Made by a program: the position numbers and the translations under genes
Shown: one piece after another, positions 31,040-41,274 of the stretch
How positions within the stretch are numbered: the first letter of the stretch is position 1
Layout of the letters: the number at the start of each line of letters is the position of its first letter
The notes under the pieces: generated by a model
Database searches by the model: none
Told to the model about the DNA's origin: nothing
The model's input: the letters and a program-made list of their open reading frames with translations, nothing else
Assembly (NCBI GenBank): GCA_025060615.1
Contig: JANXBS010000002.1
Coordinates: 130,860-194,859 of the forward strand
From: Anaerolineae bacterium
Lineage (GTDB): Bacteria; Chloroflexota; Anaerolineae; DUEN01
Reading direction: 5' to 3'
DNA: 64,000 bases

Positions 31040-31639
31040 ATGGCCTCTCTTCCAGAGCTGCTTGAAGCCACCGCCGCCCAGCATAAGCATCTTTGCCCAC
31101 GCCAAGTGCTGGGAGTGCGCATGGGGCTGCTCGGAGGCCGCTGGCTGGGCCTGGAAGTGCCACGAGACGATAAACGCCTGATCGCCTTCGTGGAGACGGA
31201 CGGCTGCTTCGCCGACGGCATCACCGCGGCCACCGGCTGTCGGGTGGGCAAGCGCACCTTGCGGGTGGTGGACTTCGGCAAGGTCGCCGTGACCTTCGCC
31301 GATATCTATACCGAACGGGCTGTTCGGATCGCGCCGCATCCGTTGAGCCGCGAGCGAGCCAAGAGTTACGCCCCGGATGCGCCGTCCCGCTGGCATGCCC
31401 AATTGCAGGCTTACCAGATCATGCCGGATGAAGAGCTGATGATCGCCCAGGCGGTGGTCTTAACATTCTCTCTGGAGAAGTTTGTGAGCAAGGCGGGATA
31501 TCGGGTGACCTGTGCCATATGTGGAGAAGAGGTGATCAACGAGCGAGAAGTGCTGAGAGATGGGCTGACGCTATGTCGCGCCTGTGCGGGTGAGCGATAC
31601 TACCAAATCGCCGAGGCACGCGCGCCGCTTTCCCTTTAA
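31040..31639 (+). CDS. FmdE-family protein (formylmethanofuran dehydrogenase subunit E-like) with C-terminal zinc ribbon
   Basis: FmdE-like core (KHLCPRQVLGVRMG...FVETDGCFADGI) and C-terminal CAICGEEV...CRAC. Confidence 0.7.
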   Translation: MASLPELLEATAAQHKHLCPRQVLGVRMGLLGGRWLGLEVPRDDKRLIAFVETDGCFADGITAATGCRVGKRTLRVVDFGKVAVTFADIYTERAVRIAPHPLSRERAKSYAPDAPSRWHAQLQAYQIMPDEELMIAQAVVLTFSLEKFVSKAGYRVTCAICGEEVINEREVLRDGLTLCRACAGERYYQIAEARAPLSL

Positions 31640-31842
31640 AGCGCTAAAACACGAGCCTTTCACTGGTCGCCTAGCCTTGCTACCCAACGGCTTCCATCTG
31701 AAGCCCAAGGAAGGCGGCGGGCAAGCGTCCCTGCAGAGAGACGATATTGAGATCGGCAGATTTTTCCTCCTCCTAAAACTGCTTAGACTACTCATGGGGC
31801 CTTTCAGGAATTGGAGAAAAAGGAGTAGTCCTGGATTGACCG

Positions 31843-31894
31843 GCTCAGACGATCATGATAGACTGCAAATGCTGTGATACAAATCGTCTGAGCG
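31843..31894. promoter_or_regulatory. 11-bp perfect inverted repeat (GCTCAGACGAT ... ATCGTCTGAGC) with 30-nt spacer, upstream of the Cys-rich ORF
   Basis: Arms at 31843-31853 and 31884-31894, about 60 nt upstream of the ATG at 31956. Could be an operator or an RNA hairpin. Confidence 0.4.
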
Positions 31895-31955
31895 GGGCAA
31901 AGCCTGATGTAGCTGATAGAACAGCTCACGGGGGGTCTCCAGGAAAGGAGGCGCG

Positions 31956-32300
31956 ATGAATCCGCTCTTTGAGACCCTTGTCGTCGCCGGGATGTTCCTC
32001 GTGCGGCTGGGTGTGCCGCTGGTGATCACACTAGCTATTGCCCACGCGCTGCGATGGCTGGACATCCGATGGCAGGCTGAAGCCGTGAAAGCCCGGGAAA
32101 CTGCACAAGCTCTGCTGCAAGAGCCTTGCTGGGCGCACAGAGGATGCACCCAGGAGCGCCGCTCCCTTTGCCCGGCCTTCCAACGCCCTGATTTGCCTTG
32201 CTGGGCAGCTCGCCGCTTGAGAGAGGGCCAACTGCCAGCGGAATGTTATAATTGCAGACGGTTCGCCCTAGGACAGATCGTCTACGGCGCCACTGGCTGA
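31956..32300 (+). CDS. Hypothetical membrane-anchored Cys-rich protein (1 TM + 6 Cys)
   Basis: N-terminal TM helix followed by CWAHRGC...C...C...CYNC. Has a GGAGG RBS and a palindrome upstream. No family recognised. Confidence 0.4.
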   Translation: MNPLFETLVVAGMFLVRLGVPLVITLAIAHALRWLDIRWQAEAVKARETAQALLQEPCWAHRGCTQERRSLCPAFQRPDLPCWAARRLREGQLPAECYNCRRFALGQIVYGATG

Positions 32301-32397
32301 GACGGGCAAGGTCAAAGGGCATGCATCAACCTTAGGGGACACGCCAGCCGCCAGTTTCAAAACAGTATCCGGCTCCGCGATGCTATACGCCTACAAA

Positions 32398-35226
32398 CTA
32401 GATCAGCTCATCTAGCGCTCGCTGGATCGATGCTAGACCGGCGGCTACATCTCGTCCCAAATGCAATCGCACAACGCGCCGGCCATGTGCCCGCAATGAT
32501 TGCCAGTCGCCCAACGCCTGCGCCGCGATGAGCGTGCCGAAGCTATATGGCTGACCTGGGATGGGCAGGTCTGTCATTGGATCGGCAGTGAGCTGCACAA
32601 ACACACCATGATCGGGGCCACCCTTGTGCAACTGGCCGGTAGAGTGCAGAAAGCGCGGGCCATATCCCACTGTCGTCGCTACCCGCAGCGCGTTGCGAAC
32701 TCGTGTCCGAATCGCCTGTAAAGCTTCCTCGTATGGGCCGGTCGAATCCAGATAAGCCATCCAGGCGATGTATCCACCTGGCCGTACTCCACGCAGGTGA
32801 GCGCGCAGCGCCTCTTCCCACGAGCGAGCACTTCCTCGTTCGCCGAAGAACGCTACACCATCTGCCTCCCATGCCGGCATTTCCTGAGACAGGCGCCCTT
32901 CAGCTACGTATAGGTTCAGCGCCCGGCGGGTGTTGTCTTTCGATTCCTGAACGTTTGGCTCATCGAACGGGTTGATTCCCAAAATAGCTCCGGCGAGGGC
33001 CGTCGCCATCTCCCAGCGGTAAAACTCGGCCCCGATCCAAGAGATGTCTGGCATCCGCAGCCATACCACAGGATATCCGGCCGCCTCCAGCGCTGCCACA
33101 GCTGCATCCAGGCGATCTTCACCGTCCAGGGTCAAATAAACGAAAAGCCGATCCTGGCCGTATACCTCCGGGCTTCCCACAGGCTCCTGAGCGATGGGCA
33201 CAATGCCTTTCCCTTCCTTGCCGGTGCTTTCGGCGATGAGTTGCTCCGCCCACAGCCCAAAGCTCTCCAGTAGCGGCGGGGCTAGAATGGTCACCTTATC
33301 GCGACCGGCCAGTGCTGCCTCGCCTAGGATCGCGCCCAGCCAGGCCCCTGGATTCTCGCGGATCGGCACCGCAGGTTGACAGGCCTTAGCCATCGCGTCA
33401 CCTTGAGCCAACAGCCGGGCAATGTCTATCCCAGCCAGAGCTGCCGGTACCAACCCAAAAAAGGAAAGGCCTGAATAACGCCCTCCAATGTCTGGCGGAT
33501 TGAGCACCACGCGACGAAAGCCGCGCGCCTCCGCAGAGGCGGCCAGCGGCGTCCCCGGATCAGTGATGGCGATAAACTGCTGTCCAGCCCCGTCTCCTCG
33601 CACTGCCTTCACCCGATCAAAGAAATAGGCAGCAAATGCAACCACCTCCGTTGTTGTACCCGACTTCGAGGCGACGATGAACAGTGTGTGTGAGAGGTCC
33701 ACAGCCTCCTCGAACTTGCGGATCACGTCCGGATGTGTGGTGTCCAGCACCCATAAGGTCGGCGCACCTGGCTGAGAGCCATACACCCGACGGAACACCT
33801 CAACGCACAGGCTGCTGCCCCCCATGCCCAGGAGCATCACATGACGGAAGCCCTCGTCCCATACTTCCTGCGCCAGGGCTTGCAGCTCGGCCACGTGTGG
33901 CTGCATCTCCTCAGTGACACGAAGCCACCCCAGCCGGTTGCGGATCACTGCCTGATGCGCCAAATCTTCCTTCCAGAGCGAGGTGTCCTTCGCCCAAAGG
34001 CGAGCGATCATCCTATCTTGCGCCATCACCTCCAGGCGAGTGTCCACAGCCGCCTGAAGCGCGCCCAGAGAAGCGGCCCAGGGCCGGCGACGGTTGGCCA
34101 ACACTGCCCGTCGTTTCGCCTCGATGGAGTCCATCAGTGCGTGAAACGAGTCGGCGAACGCCTTCACCCCTTCATCCAGCAGGCGTTGCATCACTGCATC
34201 GAGATCAATCCCCAGACGGGCTAACCGCTCAAGCACGATCTCCGCCTCGTCCACCCCTTCGGTGACCGTCTGCCGGACCACACCGTGATCGCTGAAGGCT
34301 TGAATAGTGACCGGCGGCATTGTGTTCACCGTGTCCGGGCCAATCAGCTCCTCCACGTACATCACATCGCGATAGGCCGGGTTTTTCGTGCTGGTGGATG
34401 CCCACAAAGGCCGCTGCACACGAGCGCCCCGCTCCATCAAGGCCTGGAAGCGCGGCGATCGGAACAACTGCTGAAAGCGACGGTAGATGATCTTAGAATT
34501 GGCGATGGCCGCCTTCCCCAGCAGCGCCTGGATCTCAGCTCGCTCTGATGGATCAGCGGTGCGCTGCAGCCTTTCCTCTAGCAGGGCATCTATGGCCGTG
34601 TCAATGCGGCTAACGAAGACGCTGGCCACTGAGGTCACGTTTGCCAGTGGCTGTCCGGCCTGTGCACGCCGTTCCAGGCCGGCGAGATAAGCGTTGACCA
34701 CTTGCTCGTATGCGCTCAGCGCGAAGATGAGGGTGACGTTGATGTTCACCCCGTCGGCAATTAGTTGCTCAATGGCTGGAATGCCAGCTGGCGTAGCGGG
34801 TACCTTGATCATCACGTTGTGCCGTCCGATCGCCGCGCGCAATCGTCGCGCTTCCTCGACCGTTCCTTGTGTATCGTACGCCAGCTCAGGCGATACCTCA
34901 ATGCTGACATAACCGTCCCACCCGTTGGTACGCTCATAAATCGGAGCGAGGAGGTCTGCTACAGCGCGAATGTCTTCAATCGCCAGCGCCTCGTAGATCT
35001 CCTGAGCGGAATGGCCAGCTAGGGCTAGCTCGCGTAAGGCGTCGTCGTAGTCAGTACTGCCGGCGATGGCGCGCTGAAAGATCGTTGGGTTCGACGTCAC
35101 CCCGACGATCCCCATTTCCATGAGCTGTTGTAGCTCGCCCGAGGTGATCAGGCCACGGCGGATGTTGTCGTACCACACGCTCTGCCCAAACGCTTGCAAT
35201 TGTCTTAGCGGATTCTCGGACTTCAT
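32398..35226 (-). CDS. Bifunctional transaldolase / glucose-6-phosphate isomerase
   Basis: 942 aa. N-terminal transaldolase (QSVWYDNIRRGL...GVTSNPTIF) and C-terminal PGI (SIS) domain. Confidence 0.9.
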   Translation of the reverse strand: MKSENPLRQLQAFGQSVWYDNIRRGLITSGELQQLMEMGIVGVTSNPTIFQRAIAGSTDYDDALRELALAGHSAQEIYEALAIEDIRAVADLLAPIYERTNGWDGYVSIEVSPELAYDTQGTVEEARRLRAAIGRHNVMIKVPATPAGIPAIEQLIADGVNINVTLIFALSAYEQVVNAYLAGLERRAQAGQPLANVTSVASVFVSRIDTAIDALLEERLQRTADPSERAEIQALLGKAAIANSKIIYRRFQQLFRSPRFQALMERGARVQRPLWASTSTKNPAYRDVMYVEELIGPDTVNTMPPVTIQAFSDHGVVRQTVTEGVDEAEIVLERLARLGIDLDAVMQRLLDEGVKAFADSFHALMDSIEAKRRAVLANRRRPWAASLGALQAAVDTRLEVMAQDRMIARLWAKDTSLWKEDLAHQAVIRNRLGWLRVTEEMQPHVAELQALAQEVWDEGFRHVMLLGMGGSSLCVEVFRRVYGSQPGAPTLWVLDTTHPDVIRKFEEAVDLSHTLFIVASKSGTTTEVVAFAAYFFDRVKAVRGDGAGQQFIAITDPGTPLAASAEARGFRRVVLNPPDIGGRYSGLSFFGLVPAALAGIDIARLLAQGDAMAKACQPAVPIRENPGAWLGAILGEAALAGRDKVTILAPPLLESFGLWAEQLIAESTGKEGKGIVPIAQEPVGSPEVYGQDRLFVYLTLDGEDRLDAAVAALEAAGYPVVWLRMPDISWIGAEFYRWEMATALAGAILGINPFDEPNVQESKDNTRRALNLYVAEGRLSQEMPAWEADGVAFFGERGSARSWEEALRAHLRGVRPGGYIAWMAYLDSTGPYEEALQAIRTRVRNALRVATTVGYGPRFLHSTGQLHKGGPDHGVFVQLTADPMTDLPIPGQPYSFGTLIAAQALGDWQSLRAHGRRVVRLHLGRDVAAGLASIQRALDELI

Positions 35227-35652
35227 CTCTACATGATCCTCCTTAAAGACTCAACAGCGGATACTGCGGCACGGATATCGCTCAATGATGGCCTGTATCT
35301 TATCACGCTTTAAAGCGACGGTGAAGTACAGCGGTGGCTCTGCCCTCCATCGTGGTCTTGGGGAAAAGGCTCCCTTGCGCTGGATCATTGGAGCAGTGCA
35401 AGGGAACGCTCCATAAAAAGCCTTCTCTCAGCTCTGACCCGTTCCTCCCTAGCTCGGCTGGCGCCCCTAGTGGACTAGGGAAGGCAAGTGAAAGGACAAT
35501 CAACCGTTTCTCCAGAGAGGGTAAGCTCCCTTGGCTTCCGCTCCTCCGATCGCTTAAGCGCAGTGGCATCAGTACAACGCATAACTTGGCGATTTGTCAA
35601 GTTCGCTCAAGCAGGTTATCCTCACCTTACAGAATTCATGGAGGGTAAGCTA

Positions 35653-37524
35653 ATGAGCGATAAGGAAATCCGACCATATGGACTGTGGCCGAGCCCCATC
35701 ACGCCGGCTATGATGGCTCGCCGGCTACGCTTGGACGATGTCCAATGGGACAGTGATGGACGCACGTTGGTTTGGCTGGAGGGGCGATCTGACCAGGGCG
35801 TGCTGGTTTGTCGCCGGGACGAAGGCGCCATTCGCGATTTGACAGATGAGCTTTCGGTGCGCGCCGGCGTCGGCTACGGCGGCGGAGACTTCGCTGTAGG
35901 CCACGGCTTCGTGGTTTTTGCCGAGCGTAACGGCCGGCTCTATCGCCAGCCGTTGGCGCATGGAAGCCCCAGGCCGATCACGCCCGCGTTCGGACACGCT
36001 GCGTCGCCCGTCATCTCTCCGGATGGACGGTGGGTGCTGTTTGTCCACAGCTATGAGCGGGTGGATGTGCTAGGGCTGGTAGACAGCCTGGGGCAGCAAT
36101 GGCCGATCAAGCTGGTGGCCGGTTCCGACTTCTACATGCAGCCGGTTTGGCATCCGGTCGGCGATCGCATTGCGTGGGTCGAATGGGACCACCCTAACAT
36201 GCCGTGGGATGGCACGCGGCTGAAGTTGGCATGGCTGGCCGGAGAGCCGCCGCGCGTCGTGGAGGAAACGCTGATCGCCGGTGGCATAGATGTCCCTGTG
36301 TTTCAACCTGCGTTCTCGCCTGATGGCCGCTGGCTCAGCTTCATCGCCACCGAGGGGGAGTGGGACAGGTTATACCTGCTTGATCTGACAAGCGGGGAAC
36401 GGCGCGTCTTAATCCAGGACGCAGTCCTCGCCCTGCCGGCATGGGTACAGGGGTTGCGTACATATGGTTGGAGCCACGACAGCCGATGCATATTCTACCA
36501 GCGTAACGATCGTGGCTTTGGCTCGTTATGGGCGGTGGGCATAAATGGTGAGGAGCCTAAGCTACTGAACACTACACCCTATACCTGGCACGCGCAGATC
36601 GCTCCTTCACCGAAAGCGGACCGGATCGCCTTCATTGGCTCGGCTTCCACGGTGCCGACACGAGTGGTGGTCTGGGAGGCCGGACAGGCACATGTACAAC
36701 GCCACAGCTTGTCCGAGACAGTTGCTGCCGAGGATCTGCCCACCCCTCGCCCTATCGAATGGAAAGCACCGGACGGGACGACTGTACATGGGTTGTATTA
36801 CCCACCTACCAGCAGCCGCTTTGTTGGAACTGGACTGCCACCAGGAATTGTGAGCGTCCATGGCGGGCCGACGGGTCAGCGAGTAGCCTCGTACTCGGCG
36901 GATGCCGCCTTCTTCACAAGTCGCGGCTATGGATTCCTAGAGGTGAACTACCGCGGCAGCACTGGTTATGGACGCTCATATATGCTGGCCTTGCGCGAAC
37001 ATTGGGGGATGTATGACGTGGAAGACGCCGTGGGAGGCGCTCGCGCGCTGGGCGAACAGGGTCTGGCCGATCCCAGCCGACTGGCGATCATGGGCGGCAG
37101 CGCAGGCGGTTACACCGTGCTCAACGCCCTGATCCGCCATCCGGGCGTGTTCAAAGCCGGCATCTGCCTCTTCGGGGTCACCAATCTATTTACTCTGGCC
37201 ACCGACACTCATAAATTCGAAGAACGGTATCTCGACTCGATGGTCGGCCCCCTGCCCCAGGCGGCCGAGCGCTATCGGAACTGGTCGCCCCTTTTCCACG
37301 CCGACCAAATCCGCGACCCGGTTGCTATCTTTCAGGGCAAGGAGGACAAGGTGGTGCCACCAGATCAAGCAGAGTCCATCGTTCAGGTGCTGCGAGCGCG
37401 TGGCACCCCTCATATCTACCGGCTGTACGAAGGAGAAGGTCATGGCTGGCGCAAGGCTGAAACCATCGTCTCATATTATGCCGATGTAGAGCGCTTCCTA
37501 CGCCAGCATCTTCTGTTCGCATGA
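35653..37524 (+). CDS. S9-family serine peptidase (prolyl oligopeptidase/acylaminoacyl-peptidase-like), beta-propeller + alpha/beta hydrolase
   Basis: GxSxGG nucleophile elbow (IMGGSAGGY) and C-terminal Asp/His. Start at ATG 35653 with a GGAGGG RBS. Confidence 0.85.
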   Translation: MSDKEIRPYGLWPSPITPAMMARRLRLDDVQWDSDGRTLVWLEGRSDQGVLVCRRDEGAIRDLTDELSVRAGVGYGGGDFAVGHGFVVFAERNGRLYRQPLAHGSPRPITPAFGHAASPVISPDGRWVLFVHSYERVDVLGLVDSLGQQWPIKLVAGSDFYMQPVWHPVGDRIAWVEWDHPNMPWDGTRLKLAWLAGEPPRVVEETLIAGGIDVPVFQPAFSPDGRWLSFIATEGEWDRLYLLDLTSGERRVLIQDAVLALPAWVQGLRTYGWSHDSRCIFYQRNDRGFGSLWAVGINGEEPKLLNTTPYTWHAQIAPSPKADRIAFIGSASTVPTRVVVWEAGQAHVQRHSLSETVAAEDLPTPRPIEWKAPDGTTVHGLYYPPTSSRFVGTGLPPGIVSVHGGPTGQRVASYSADAAFFTSRGYGFLEVNYRGSTGYGRSYMLALREHWGMYDVEDAVGGARALGEQGLADPSRLAIMGGSAGGYTVLNALIRHPGVFKAGICLFGVTNLFTLATDTHKFEERYLDSMVGPLPQAAERYRNWSPLFHADQIRDPVAIFQGKEDKVVPPDQAESIVQVLRARGTPHIYRLYEGEGHGWRKAETIVSYYADVERFLRQHLLFA

Positions 37525-37767
37525 AGGGCTGCTTTACCTTCCTACACCTCACGTATTCGCTTCCGAGCGTGGAGAGGAACGGGGAGATAGGGCTGAAAGC
37601 CGACCATGGGCCAGGGAGCGAAGGTGGACGGGGTATAGTACCTGCCTTCTTTGTCTTTTGTCCTTGCCCGATCAGCGATACGAGTTTAGAATAAAAAAGG
37701 GAAGTATGCGAGCGAACGGCCTTCGTCCCTACATCCCTCGGAAAGCGTTCAATTGGAGAAATGCGTC

Positions 37768-39552
37768 ATGCTTAAGTCTCATAGCTGTGGTGAACTGAGG
37801 ACTTGTCACGTCGGGCAGACCGTTATTCTGGCTGGCTGGGTTCATCGCCGGCGCGATCATGGCGGCATCATCTTCCTGGACCTGCGCGATCGCTGGGGGA
37901 TCGTTCAGGTGGTCTGCGACGCAAAGCTTTCTCCTCAAGCCCATAAGGTAGCGGGTGAGGTTCGTAGCGAATATGTGATTCAGGTGACTGGCCAGGTGCG
38001 CGCCCGGCCAGAGGGCTTGATCAATCCCGCACTGCCCACCGGAGAGATCGAGGTGGCTGCCACCGGATTGACAGTGCTTAATCCGGCGCGCACGCCTCCC
38101 TTTTATCCTAACGAGGATCAGCCCGTGGACGAGGCGTTGCGCCTTCGCTACCGCTATCTCGACTTGCGCCGGCCTCGCATGCAGCGCAACCTGATCCTGC
38201 GCGATCGGATCATCACCAAGATTCGGGAGTATCTGCACGCGCGAGACTTCGTGGAAGTGGAGACGCCCATCCTAATCAAGAGCACGCCCGAAGGGGCCCG
38301 CGACTATATCGTGCCCAGCCGCGTGCACCCTGGCAAATTCTATGCGCTGCCTCAATCGCCACAGCAGCTCAAACAATTGTTGATGGTGGCTGGCCTGGAG
38401 CGCTACTTTCAGATCGCTCGTTGCTTCCGAGATGAAGATCTGCGTGCTGATCGCCAGCCGGAGTTCACGCAGCTCGACCTGGAGATGTCCTTCGTAGACC
38501 GGGATGATATCCTCAACGTGATCGAGGGCTTGTTCATCGAGCTGGTGGAAGCTCTCGAGCCGGAAACAGGCAAGCGTTTGAAGTTCAAGCCCTTCCCACG
38601 CCTGTCTTATGACGAGGCAATAGCGCGGTATGGGTCGGACAAGCCCGATTTGCGATTCGGCCTAGAGCTGGTGGATCTGACCGATCTGGTGAGCTGCAGC
38701 CAGTTCCGGGTGTTCTCAGATACAGCAGCCAGTGGCGGACAGATCAAAGGAATACGGGCGCCGGGATGCGCTGGCTACTCGCGGCGCGAGCTGGATGAGC
38801 TGGATGCGTTCGTTCAGCAACACGGGGCCCGGGGGCTGGTATGGCTGGCTCGCACCAGGGAAGGCGTGCGCTCTCCTGCGGCGAAATTCCTCACACCAGA
38901 GGAAGCGGACGGGATAGTCCAGCGGCTAGGATTGGAGCCAGGGGACCTAGGATTGATCGTGGCCGATCAGCCCGTCATCGTCGCTACGGCGCTGGGGCAG
39001 CTTCGGCTGGAGCTTGGGCGCCGGCTGCAGCTAATGGATCCGAATGAGCTGGCGCTGACATGGGTAGTAGACTTCCCCCTCTATGAGTGGGATGAGGCGG
39101 AGGGACGATGGACGGCCATGCACCATCCGTTTACCTCGGCCATGGATGAGGACTGGAGATACCTGCAACCGGGGCCGGACTATGATCCAGGGAAGGCCAA
39201 AGCCAAGGCATATGACATCGTATGTAACGGCTGGGAAGTGGGCGGAGGTAGCATCCGAATCCACCGCCGAGATCAACAGGCGCTGATGTTTGAGGTCTTG
39301 GGGATTACGCCGGAGGAGGCGCAGGCGCAGTTCGGCCATATGTTGGAGGCGTTCGAATACGGTGCGCCGCCACACGGGGGCATTGCGCTGGGGATAGACC
39401 GGCTGACGGCCATTCTGGCCGGCGAGACGAGCATTCGTGAGGTGATCGCGTTTCCTAAGACGGCGCAGGCGATGGACCTGATGACCAACGCGCCATCACC
39501 GGCATCGCCAAGACAATTGGAGGAGTTACACATCTGTGTGAAAATGAGTTAA
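37768..39552 (+). CDS. aspS: Aspartate--tRNA ligase
   Basis: N-terminal OB-fold consensus HSCGELR...[20 protein letters not shown]. Class II motifs ([18 protein letters not shown]; GGGSIRIHR; [14 protein letters not shown]). Confidence 0.9.
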   Translation: MLKSHSCGELRTCHVGQTVILAGWVHRRRDHGGIIFLDLRDRWGIVQVVCDAKLSPQAHKVAGEVRSEYVIQVTGQVRARPEGLINPALPTGEIEVAATGLTVLNPARTPPFYPNEDQPVDEALRLRYRYLDLRRPRMQRNLILRDRIITKIREYLHARDFVEVETPILIKSTPEGARDYIVPSRVHPGKFYALPQSPQQLKQLLMVAGLERYFQIARCFRDEDLRADRQPEFTQLDLEMSFVDRDDILNVIEGLFIELVEALEPETGKRLKFKPFPRLSYDEAIARYGSDKPDLRFGLELVDLTDLVSCSQFRVFSDTAASGGQIKGIRAPGCAGYSRRELDELDAFVQQHGARGLVWLARTREGVRSPAAKFLTPEEADGIVQRLGLEPGDLGLIVADQPVIVATALGQLRLELGRRLQLMDPNELALTWVVDFPLYEWDEAEGRWTAMHHPFTSAMDEDWRYLQPGPDYDPGKAKAKAYDIVCNGWEVGGGSIRIHRRDQQALMFEVLGITPEEAQAQFGHMLEAFEYGAPPHGGIALGIDRLTAILAGETSIREVIAFPKTAQAMDLMTNAPSPASPRQLEELHICVKMS

Positions 39553-39574
39553 CAATCTGCCAGATCCTTTTAAT

Positions 39575-39607
39575 GGGGGCAAAGCATGCTTTGCCCCCAT
39601 CTTTTTT
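39575..39607 (+). terminator. Rho-independent terminator of aspS
   Basis: GGGGGCAAAG-CATG-CTTTGCCCCC hairpin followed by ATCTTTTTTCC. Confidence 0.75.
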
Positions 39608-39985
39608 CCGAAGAGGACTTTACCCTCTCGGCAGTTTCGTGGCGTTTGCGCCGCCGTAAAATCCTCTTGAACCTGCACCTGCTTTAGACATGAGCCGATC
39701 AGGCCTGCCCTCAGGCATCTGGGCGCACGCATGATTTTATCATCAAAGGCCCTCTTGCCAAGGGGAGGCCCGGAAGAGCGAACACCCCTCCAGAGCACCC
39801 TTGCATCAGGCCCTTAGACTGTCTTCTCTCGGCTTCCGCCTTTGCTTCTGAAGTCCAATCAGGCAGGTAAAAATTGAAAATGGTTTTGCAGAGGGGACAC
39901 TTTCTGCACCTCCCGTGCCAGCATCAGCAAGGGCGCTCGGAAGATTTGCTGACAAATCGTATATGGGTACAGGTGCTTGCGCGAG

Positions 39986-40014
39986 TTGACAAATAGCACA
40001 TTTGTTCGTATAAT
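39986..40014 (+). promoter_or_regulatory. Consensus sigma70-type promoter (TTGACA-17-TATAAT) for the radical SAM gene
   Basis: TTGACA at 39986-39991 and TATAAT at 40009-40014 with a 17-nt spacer. ATG at 40032. Confidence 0.6.
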
Positions 40015-40031
40015 GAGAGCAGGAGAAGCGT

Positions 40032-41207
40032 ATGATCACCGACTTGCAGGATCGCGTACGGCTGCTCAGCGAGGCCTCTCAATACGACGTCTGCCTAGAG
40101 GCGGGGCGGCCTATGCCGCTCGCCCAGCCGGAAAGGCATCCCTGTCTTCCTCCCGGCTTTGCGCCTGAGCATCACATCTCCCATGTCAACGCGGGTGGCC
40201 GGCGTATGCCCGTGCTCAAGATCCTTCAGACCAGTGCCTGCGAGAAGGACTGTTTCTATTGCCCATTTCGAGCTGGGCGAGACTTTCGCAGGGCTTCCCT
40301 TTCTCCAGATGACCTGGCCTATGCGTTCGATCAAATGGCGCGGGCCGGATTAGTGGAGGGACTCTTCCTGAGTTCGGGCATTGTGGGCACTGCGCGCACG
40401 ATGGATCGTATGATCGCGACGGCAGAGCTAATACGCCGGAAATACGGCTTCCGCGGATATATCCACCTAAAGCTGCTCCCCGGCGCGGAGCCGGCTCACA
40501 TCGAACGCGCTATTGCGCTGGCAGACCGGGTAAGCGTGAATTTGGAGGCACCAAACCCTCAAAGGTTAGCCAGGCTGGCTCCCCATAAGGAGTTTACTCA
40601 CGCACTGATGGAGACGCTGCGTCATGCGGCGCGGATGATCCGAGAGGCCCAACAGGCAGGCCGTCCGCTTGCTCGCGCAGGCACGGTTACCCAGTTCGTC
40701 GTCGGACCAGCTGGCGAAAGCGATCGAGAGCTTCTCACCACCGTACAATCCCTGTATGATGCCAAAGACTTGACTCGAGCCTACTACAGCGCTTTCTCTC
40801 CGATCCCTGACACTCCTCTAGAAGATGTAGCACCTACCTCTCCCTGGCGGGCACACCGCCTGTATCAGGGCGATTTTCTGCTCCGTCACTACGGTTTTCG
40901 CGCTGAAGAGCTAATTTACGACGAAATGGGCAACCTGCGGCTGGATCAGGATCCCAAGCTGGCGTGGGCGTTAGCCCATCCGGATCGTTTCCCAGTTGAG
41001 GTGAACCGCGCGAGTCGCTTTCAGCTCTTGCGCGTCCCCGGCATTGGTCCTCGTGCTGCTGACCGCATCCTCACTGCGCGCCGACAAGGCAAGATTCGTG
41101 AGCTGGGGCAGCTGCGCCGGCTGGGAGTAGATATCCGACGGGCAGCGCCATTTGTCCTCATTGCCGGGCGTGCTCCGGCCATTCAGCTCCCCCTGTTTCC
41201 TGCCTAG
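40032..41207 (+). CDS. Putative DNA modification/repair radical SAM protein (TIGR03916-like) with C-terminal HhH
   Basis: CxxxCxxC cluster (SACEKDCFYCPF). C-terminal helix-hairpin-helix (LLRVPGIGPRAADRIL). 391 aa. Confidence 0.7.
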   Translation: MITDLQDRVRLLSEASQYDVCLEAGRPMPLAQPERHPCLPPGFAPEHHISHVNAGGRRMPVLKILQTSACEKDCFYCPFRAGRDFRRASLSPDDLAYAFDQMARAGLVEGLFLSSGIVGTARTMDRMIATAELIRRKYGFRGYIHLKLLPGAEPAHIERAIALADRVSVNLEAPNPQRLARLAPHKEFTHALMETLRHAARMIREAQQAGRPLARAGTVTQFVVGPAGESDRELLTTVQSLYDAKDLTRAYYSAFSPIPDTPLEDVAPTSPWRAHRLYQGDFLLRHYGFRAEELIYDEMGNLRLDQDPKLAWALAHPDRFPVEVNRASRFQLLRVPGIGPRAADRILTARRQGKIRELGQLRRLGVDIRRAAPFVLIAGRAPAIQLPLFPA

Positions 41208-41245
41208 AGATCTCCCCGAAAGCCCCATTAAGCCTAAATTCCCCG

Positions 41246-41274
41246 TTGTCAGCTCTTAAAAATTTTGCTATACT
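41246..41274 (+). promoter_or_regulatory. Putative sigma70 promoter (TTGTCA-17-TATACT)
   Basis: Upstream of the L,D-transpeptidase gene; sequence pattern only. Confidence 0.45.

Noticed and set aside
35303-35648. ORFs 35303..35569 (-) and 35334..35648 (+) in the tal-pgi/peptidase intergenic region
   Set aside because: No RBS, low-complexity products, and overlap with a promoter-like element; treated as non-coding.
39526-40039. Minus-strand ORFs 39526..39798 and 39806..40039 in the aspS/radical-SAM intergenic region
   Set aside because: They overlap the aspS terminator hairpin and the consensus promoter. No RBS and no recognisable domains.
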